64,000 nt of DNA, taken from the NCBI GenBank assembly GCA_964016885.1, contig CAXHJY010000096.1, forward strand, positions 2,854,892-2,918,891. The letters are read 5' to 3'. The stretch comes from Eledone cirrhosa. Lineage: Eukaryota. The notes below the pieces were generated by a model. The model was not told the origin of the DNA. It did not search any database and worked only from the letters and a program-made list of their open reading frames with translations. This document shows positions 53,201 through 62,300 of this stretch, one piece after another; the stretch's first letter is position 1; each line of letters starts with the position of its first letter. A program made the translations under genes and the position numbers.

Positions 53201-56200
53201 GGAGATAATTTTCAGCCGTCCAAGGGGAGATAATTTCCAGCCAGCGAAGGGGAGATAATTTTTTTTAAAAAATCATTGGGAGATTTGTAAAAAAAATCAG
53301 GGGGAGATAATTTGTAAAAAAAATCAAGGGGAGATAATTTCCAGCCGTCCAAGGGGAGGTAATATCTAGCCGTCCAAGGGGAGATAATTTCCAGCCGTCC
53401 AAGGGGAGATAATTTCCAGCCGTCCCAGGGTAGATAATATCCAGCCGCCCAAGGACATATTTTCCAGCCGTCCAAGGAGAGGTAATTTCTAGCCGTCCAA
53501 GGGGAGATAAATTCCAGCCTCCAAGGGGAGATAATTTCCAGCCAGCCAAGGGGAGATAATTTGTAAAAAAATCAGGGGGAGATAATTTGTAAAAAAAATC
53601 AGGGGGAGATAATTTGTAAAAAAAAATCAGGGGGAGATAATTTGTAAAAAAAAATCAGGGGGAGATAATTTGCAAAAAAAATCAGGGGGAGATAATTTGT
53701 AAAAAAAAATCAGGGGTAGATAATTTGTAAAAAAAAATCAGGGGGAGATAATTTGTAAAAAAAAATCAGGGGGAGATAATTTGTAAAAAAAATCAAGGGG
53801 AGATAATTTCCAGCCGTCCAAGGAGAGATAATTTTAAAAAAAATCAGGCGGAGATAATTTGTAAAAAAAAATCAGGGGGAGATAATTTGTAAAAAAAAAA
53901 GGGGGAGATAATTTGTAAAAAAAAATCAGGGGTAGATAATTTGTAAAAAAAAATCAGGGGGAGATAATTTGTAAAAAAAAATCAGGGGGAGATAATTTGT
54001 AAAAAAAATCAAGGGGAGATAATTTCCAGCCGTCCAAGGAGAGATAATTTTAAAAAAAATCAGGCGGAGATAATTTGTAAAAAAAAATTAGGGGGAGATA
54101 ATTTGTAAAAAAAAATCAGGGGGAGATAATTTGTAAAAAAAATCAAGGGGAGATAATTTCCAGCCGTCCAAGGGGAGATAATTTTCAGCCGTCCAAGGGG
54201 AGATAATTTCCCGCCAGCCAAGGGAAGATAATATTCAAAAAAATCAGGCGGAGATAATTTGTAAAAAAAATCAGGGGGAGATAATTTGTAAAAAAATCAG
54301 GGGGAGATAATTTGTAAAAAAAAAAATCAGGGGGAGATAATTTTTAAAAAAAATCAGGGGGAGATAATTTGTAAAAAAAATCAGGGGTAGATAATATGTA
54401 AAAAAAAATCAGGGGGAGATAATTTGTAAAAAAAAATCAGGGGGAGATAATTTGTAAAAAAAATGAAAGGGGAGATAATATCCAGCCGTCCAAGGGGAGA
54501 TAATTTCCAGCCGTCCAAGGGGAGATAATTTCCAGCCGTCCAAGGGGAGATAATTTCCATCCTTCCAAGGGGATATAATTTCCAGCCGTCCAAGGGGAGA
54601 TAATTTCCATCCTTCCAAGGGGATATAATTTCCAGCCGTCCAAGGGGAGATAATTTTCAGCCGTCCAAGGAGAGGTAATTTCTAGCCGTCCAAGGAGAGA
54701 TAATTTCCAGCCGTCCAAGGGGAGATAATTTCCAGCCGTCCAAGGGGAGATAATTTCCAGCCGTCCAAGGAGACATATTTTCCAGCCGTCCAAGGAGAGG
54801 TAATTCCTAGCCGTCCAAGGGGAGATAAATTCCAGCCTCCAAGGGGAGATAATTTCCAGCCAGCCAAGGGGAGATAATTTGTAAAAAAAATCAGGGGGAG
54901 ATAATTTGTAAAAAAAATCAGGGGGAGATAATTTGTAAAAAAAAATCAGGGGGAGATAATTTGTAAAAAATAATCAGGGGGAGATAATTTGTAAAAAAAA
55001 TCAAGGGGAGATAATTTCCAGCCGTCCAAGGGGAGATAATTTTCAGCCGTCCAAGGGGAGATAATTTCCCGCCAGCCAAGGGAAGATAATATTTAAAAAA
55101 ATTAGGCGGAGATAATTTGTAAAAAAAATCAGGGGGAGATAATTTGTAAAAAAATCAGGGGGAGATAATTTGTAAAAAAAATCAGGGGGAGATAATTTGT
55201 AAAAAAAATCAGGGGGAGATAATTTGTAAAAAAAAATCAGGGGGAGATAATTTGTAAAAAAAATCAAGGGGAGATAATTTCCAGCCGTCCAAGGGAAGAT
55301 AATTTCCAGCCCTCCAAGGGGCTATAATTTCCAGCGTCCAAGGGGAGATAATTTCCAGCCAGCGAAGGGGAGATAATTTTTTTTAAAAAATCATTGGGAG
55401 ATTTGTAAAAAAAATCAGGGGGAGATAATTTGTAAAAAAAATCAAGGGGAGATAATTTCCAGCCGTCCAAGGGGAGGTAATATCTAGCCGTCCAAGGGGA
55501 GATAATTTCCAGCCGTCCAAGGGGAGATAATTTCCAGCCGTCCAAGGGTAGATAATATCCAGCCGTCCAAGGACATATTTTCCAGCCGTCCAAGGAGAGG
55601 TAATTTCTAGCCGTCCAAGGGGAGATAAATTCCAGCCTCCAAGGTGAGATAATTTCCAGCCAGCCAAGGGGAGATAATTTGTAAAAAAATCAGGGGGAGA
55701 TAATTTGTAAAAAAAATCAGGGGGAGATAATTTGTAAAAAAAAATCAGGGGGAGATAATTTGTAAAAAAAATCAGGGGGAGATAATTTGTAAAAAAAAAT
55801 CAGGGGGAGATAATTTGTAAAAAAAATCAAGGGGAGATAATTTCCAGCCGTCCAAGGGGAGATAATTTCCCGCCAGCCAAGGGAAGATAATATTTAAAAA
55901 AATCAGGCGGAGATAATTTGTAAAAAAAATCAGGGGGAGATAATTTGTAAAAAAATCAGGGGGAGATAATTTGTAAAAAAAATCAGGGGGAGATAATTTG
56001 TAAAAAAAAATCAGGGGTAGATAAATTGTAAAAAAAAATCAGGGGGAGATAATTTGTAAAAAAAATCAGGGGGAGATAATTTGTAAAAAAAATGAAAGGG
56101 GAGATAATATCCAGCCGTCCAAGGGGAGATAATTTCCAGCCGTCCAAGGGGAGATAATTTCCAGCCGTCCAAGGGGAGATAATTTCCATCCTTCCAAGGG

Positions 56201-59170
56201 GATATAATTTCCAGCCGTCCAAGGGGAGATAATTTCCCGCCAGCCAAGGGAAGATAATTTTTAAAAAAATCAGGCGGAGATTGTAAAAAAAATCAGGGGG
56301 GAGATAATTTGTAAAAAAATCAGGGGGAGATAATTTGTAAAAAAAAATCAGGGGGAGATAATTTGTAAAAAATAATCAGGGGGAGATAATTTGTAAAAAA
56401 AAATCAAGGGGAGATAATTTCCAGCCGTCCAAGGGGAGATAATTTCCCGCCAGCCAAGGGAAGATAATATTTAAAAAAATTAGGCGGAGATAATTTGTAA
56501 AAAAAATCAGGGGGAGATAATTTGTAAAAAAATCAGGGGGAGATAATTTGTAAAAAAAATCAGGGGGAGATAATTTGTAAAAAAAATCATGGGGAGATAA
56601 TTTGTAAAAAAAAATCAGGGGTAGATAATTTGTAAAAAAAAATCAGGGGGAGATAATTTGTAAAAAAAAATCAGGGGGAGATAATTTGTAAAAAAAATCA
56701 AGGGGAGATAATTTCCAGCCGTCCAAGGGGAGATAATTTTCAGCTGTCCAAGGAGAGGTAATTTCTAGCCGTCCAAGGGGAGATAATTTCCAGCCGTCCA
56801 AGGGGAGGTAATTTCCAGCCGTCCAAGGGGAGATAATTTTAAAAAAAAAATCAGGCGGAGATAATTTGTAAAAAAAATCAAGGGGAGATAATTTGCAGCC
56901 GTCCAAGGGGAGATAATTTTCAGTCGTCCAAGGAGAGGTAATTTCTAGCCGTCCAAGGGGAGATAATTGCCAGCCGTCCAAGGGGAGATAATTTCCAGCC
57001 GTCCAAGGGGAGATAATTTTTTTTAAAAAATCAGGCGGAGATAATTTGTAAAAAAAATCAGGGGGAGATAATTTGTAAACAAAATCAGGGGGAGATAATT
57101 TGTAAAAAAAAATCAGGGGGAGATAATTTGTAAAAAAAATCATGGAGAGATAATTTCCAGCCGTCCAAGGTGAGATAATTTCCAGCCGTCCAAGGAGACA
57201 TATTTTCCAGCCGTCCAAGGCGAGGTAATTTCTAGCCGTCCAAGGGGAGATAAATTCCAGCCTCCAAGGGGAGATAATTTCCAGCCAGCCAAGTGGAGAT
57301 AATTTGTAAAAAAATCAGGGGGAGATAATTTGTAAAAAATATCAGGGAGATAATTTGTAAAAAAAAATCAGGGGGAGATAATTTGTAAAAAAAATCAGGG
57401 GGAGATAATTTGTAAAAAAAAATCAGGGGGAGATAATTTGTAAAAAAAATCAAGGGGAGATAATTTCCAGCCGTCCAAGGGGAGATAATTTTCAGCCGTC
57501 CAAGGGGAGATAATTTCCCGCCAGCCATGGGAAGATAATATTTAAAAAAATCAGGCGGAGATAATTTGTAAAAAAAATCAGGGGGAGATAATTTGTAAAA
57601 AAATCAGGGGGAGATAATTTGTAAAAAAAAATCAGGGGGAGATAATTTGTAAAAAAAATCAGGGGGAGATAATTTGTAAAAAAAAATCAGGGGTAGATAA
57701 TTTGTAAAAAAAAATCAGGGGGAGATAATTTGTAAAAAAAAATCAGGGGGAGATAATTTGTAAAAAAATGAAAGGGGAGATAATATCCAGCCGTCCAAGG
57801 GGAGATAATTTCCAGCCGTCCAAGGGGATATAATTTCCAGCCGTCCAAGGGGAGATAATTTCCATCCTTCCAAGGGGATATAATTTCCAGCCGTCCAAGG
57901 GGAGATAATTTCCCGCCAGCCAAGGGAAGATAATTTTTGAAAAAATCAGGCGGAGATTGTAAAAAAAATCAGGGGGGAGATAATTTGTAAAAAAATCAGG
58001 AGGAGATAATTTGTAAAAAATAATCAGGGGGAGATAATTTGTAAAAAAATTCAAGGGGAGATAATTTCCAGCCGTCCAAGGGGAGATAATTTCCCGCCAG
58101 CCAAGGGAAGATAATATTTAAAAAAATTAGGCGGAGATAATTTGTAAAAAAAATCAGGGGGAGATAATTTGTAATAAAATCAGGGGGAGATAATTTGTAA
58201 AAAAAATCAGGGGGAGATAATTTGTAAAAAAAATCATGGGGAGATAATTTGTAAAAAAAAATCAGGGGTAGATAATTTGTAAAAAAAAATCAGGGGGAGA
58301 TAATTTGTAAAAAAAAATCAGGGGGAGATAATTTGTAAAAAAATCAAGGGGAGATAATATCCAGCCGTCCAAGGAGAGATAATTTTAAAAAAAAATGAGG
58401 CGGAGATAATTTGTAAAAAAAAAATCAGGGGGAGTTAATTTGTAAAAAAAAATGAGGGGGAGATAATTTGTAAAAAAAATCAAGGGGAGATAATTTCCAG
58501 CCGTCCAAGGGGAGATAATTTTCAGCCGTCCAAGGAGAGGTAATTTCTAGCCGTCCAAGGGGAGATAATTTCCAGCCGTCCAAGGGGAGGTAATTTCCAG
58601 CCGTCCAAGGGGAGATAAATTAAAAAAAAATTCAGGCGGAGATAATTTGTAAAAAAAATCAAGGGGAGATAATTTGCAGCCGTCCAATGGGAGATAATTT
58701 TCAGTCGTCCAAGGAGAGGTAATTTCTAGCCGTCCAAGGGGAGATAATTTCCAGCCGTCCAAGGGGAGATAATTTCCAGCCGTCCAAGGGGAGATAATTT
58801 TTTTTTAAAAATCAGGCGGAGATAATTTGTAAAAAAAATCAGGGGGAGATAATTTGTAAACAAAATCAGGGGGAGATAATTTGTAAAAAAAAATCAGGGG
58901 GAGATAATTTGTAAAAAAAATTAGGCGTAGATAATTTGTAAAAAAATATCAGGGGGAGATAATTTGTAAAAAAAAATCAGGGGGAGATAATTTGTTTAAA
59001 AAATCAAGGGGAGATAATTTGCAGCCGTCCAAGGGGAGATAATTTTCAGCCGTCCAAGGAGAGGTAATTTCTAGCCGTTCAAGGGGAGATAATTTCCAGC
59101 CGTCCAAGGGGAGATAATTTCCAGCCGTCCAAGGGGAGATAATTTTTTTTAAAAAATCAGGCGGAGATAA
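45400..59170 (+). repeat. ~10.4 kb-offset duplication (about 45.4-48.9 kb vs 55.8-59.2 kb)
   Basis: ORF twins are offset 10395-10396 (45587/55983, 46247/56643, 46836/57232, 47292/57687). Shared rare variants: CCATGGGAAG (~47129/~57525), CCAATGGGAG (~48424/~58684) and GATAAATTAAAA (~48354/~58614). Confidence 0.85.
49500..55760 (+). repeat. Tandem duplication, ~3.12 kb unit; the pair is itself a copy of the ~20.7-27 kb pair
   Basis: ORF twins are offset 3120-3122 (50090/53212, 51261/54381, 51923/55043, 52144/55264). Offsets to earlier copies are 28691 (21399/50090, 22570/51261) and 19730 (31531/51261, 33482/53212). Confidence 0.85.
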
Positions 59171-59329
59171 TTCGTAAAAAAAAATCAGGGGGAGATAATT
59201 TGTAAAAAAAAATCAGGGGGAGATAATTTGTAAAAAAAATCAAGGGGAGATAATTTCCAGCCGTCCAAGGGGAGGTAATATCTAGCCGTCCAAGGGGAGA
59301 TAATTTCCAGCCGTCCAAGGGGAGATAAT

Positions 59330-62300
59330 TTCCAGCCGTCCAAGGGGAGATAATTTCCAGCCGTCCAAGGAGACATATTTTCCAGCCGTCCAAGGCGAGG
59401 TAATTTCTAGCCGTCCAAGGGGAGATAAATTCCAGCCTCCAAGGGGAGATAATTTCCAGCCAGCCAAGGGGAGATAATTTGTAAAAAAATCAGGGGGAGA
59501 TAATTTGTAAAAAATATCAGGGAGATAATTTGTAAAAAAAAATCAGGGGGAGATAATTTGTAAAAAAAATCAGGGGGAGATAATTTGTAAAAAAAAATCA
59601 GGGGGAGATAATTTGTAAAAAAAATCAAGGGGAGATAATTTCCAGCCGTCCAAGGGGAGATAATTTTCAGCCGTCCAAGGAGAGGTAATTTCTAGCCGTC
59701 CGAGGAGAGATAATTTCCAGCCGTCCAAGGGGAGATAATTTCCAGCCGTCCAAGGGGAGATAATTTCCAGCCGTCCAAGGAGACATATTTTCCAGCCGTC
59801 CAAGGAGAGGTAATTTCTAGCCGTCCAAGGGGAGATAAATTCCAGCCTCCAAGGGGAGATAATTTCCAGCCAGCCAAGGGGAGATAATTTGTAAAAAAAT
59901 CAGGGGGAGATAATTTGCAAAAAAAATCAGGGGGAGATAATTTGTAAAAAAATCAGGGGGAGATAATTTGTAAAAAATAATCAGGGGGAGATAATTTCCA
60001 GCCGTCGAAGGGGAGATAATTTAAAAAAAAATCAGGCGGAGATAATTTGTAAAAAAAAATCAGGGGGAGATAATTTGTAAAAAAAAATCAGGGGGAGATA
60101 ATTTGTAAAATAAATCAAGGGGAGATAATTTCCAGCCGTCCAAGGGGAGATAATTTTCAGCCGTCCAAGGGGAGATAATTTCCCGCCAGCCAAGGGAAGA
60201 TAATATTTAAAAAAATCAGGCGGAGATAATTTGTAAAAAAAATCAGGGGGAGATAATTTGTAAAAAAATCAGGGGGAGATAATTTGTAAAAAAAAATCAG
60301 GGGGCGATAATTTGTAAAAAAAATCAGGGGGAGATAATTTGTAAAAAAAAATCAGGGGGAGATAATTTGTAAAAAAAAATCAGGGGGAGATAATTTGTAA
60401 AAAAAATGAAAGGGGAGATAATATCCAGCCGTCCAAGGGGAGATAATTTCCAGCCGTCCAAGGGGAGATAATTTCCAGCCGTCCAAGGGGAGATAATTTC
60501 CATCCTTCCAAGGGGATATAATTTCCAGCCGTCCAAGGGGAGATAATTTCCATCCTTCCAAGGGGATATAATTTCCAGCCGTCCAAGGGGAGATAATTTT
60601 CAGCCGTCCAAGGAGAGGTAATTTCTAGCCGTCCAAGGAGAGATAATTTCCAGCCGTCCAAGGGGAGATAATTTCCAGCCGTCCAAGGGGAGATAATTTC
60701 CAGCCGTCCAAGGAGACATATTTTCCAGCCGTCCAAGGAGAGGTAATTCCTAGCCGTCCAAGGGGAGATAAATTCCAGCCTCCAAGGGGAGATAATTTCC
60801 AGCCAGCCAAGGGGAGATCATTTGTAAAAAAAATCAGGGGGAGATAATTTGTAAAAAAAATCAGGGGGAGATAATTTGTAAAAAAAAATCAGAGGGAGAT
60901 AATTTGTAAAAAATAATCAGGGGGAGATAATTTGTAAAAAAAATCAAGGGGAGATAATTTCCAGCCGTCCAAGGGGAGATAATTTTCAGCCGTCCAAGGG
61001 GAGATAATTTCCCGCCAGCCAAGGGAAGATAATATTTAAAAAAATTAGGCGGAGATAATTTGTAAAAAAAATCAGGGGGAGATAATTTGTAAAAAAATCA
61101 GGGGGAGATAATTTGTAAAAAAAATCAGGGGGAGATAATTTGTAAAAAAAAATCAGGGGTAGATAATTTGTAAAAAAAAATCAGGGGGAGATAATTTGTA
61201 AAAAAAATCAGGGGGAGATAATTTGTAAAAAAAATCAGGGGGAGATAATTTGTAAAAAAAATCAGGGGTAGATAATTTGTAAAAAAAAATCAGGGGGAGA
61301 TAATTTGTAAAAAAAATCAAGGGGAGATAATTTCCAGCCGTCCAAGGGAAGATAATTTCCAGCCCTCCAAGGGGCTATAATTTCCAGCGTCCAAGGGGAG
61401 ATAATTTCCAGCCAGCGAAGGGGAGATAATTTTTTTTTCAAAATCATTGGGAGATTTGTAAAAAAAATCAGGGGGAGATAATTTGTAAAAAAAATCAAGG
61501 GGAGATAATTTCCAGCCGTCCAAGGGGAGGTAATATCTAGCCGTCCAAGGGGAGATAATTTCCAGCCGTCCAAGGGTAGATAATATCCAGCCGTCCAAGG
61601 ACATATTTTCCAGCCGTCCAAGGAGAGGTAATTTCTAGCCGTCCAAGGGGAGATAAATTCCAGCCTCCAAGGGGAGATAATTTCCAGCCAGCCAAGGGGA
61701 GATAATTTGTAAAAAAATCAGGGGGAGATAATTTGTAAAAAAAATCAGGGGGAGATAATTTGTAAAAAAAAATCAGGGGGAGATAATTTGTAAAAAAAAA
61801 TCAGGGGGAGATAATTTGTAAAAAAAATCAGGGGGAGATAATTTGTAAAAAAAATCAAGGGGAGATCATTTCCAGCCGTCCAAGGGAGATAATTTTCAGC
61901 CGTCCAAGGGGAGATAATTTCCCGCCAGCCAAGGGAAGATAATATTTAAAAAAATCAGGCGGAGATAATTTGTAAAAAAAATCAGGGGGAGATAATTTGT
62001 AAAAAAATCAGGGGGAGATAATTTGTAAAAGAAAAATCAGGGGGAGATAATTTGTAAAAAAAATCAGGGGGAGATAATTTGTAAAAAAAAATCAGGGGTA
62101 GATAATTTGTAAAAAAAAATCAGGGGGAGATAATTTGTAAAAAAAATCAGAGGGAGATAATTTGTAAAAAAAATGAAAGGGGAGATAATATCCAGCCGTC
62201 CAAGGGGAGATAATTTCCAGCCGTCCAAGGGGAGATAATTTCCAGCCGTCCAAGGGGAGATAATTTCCATCCTTCCAAGGGGATATAATTTCCAGCCGTC

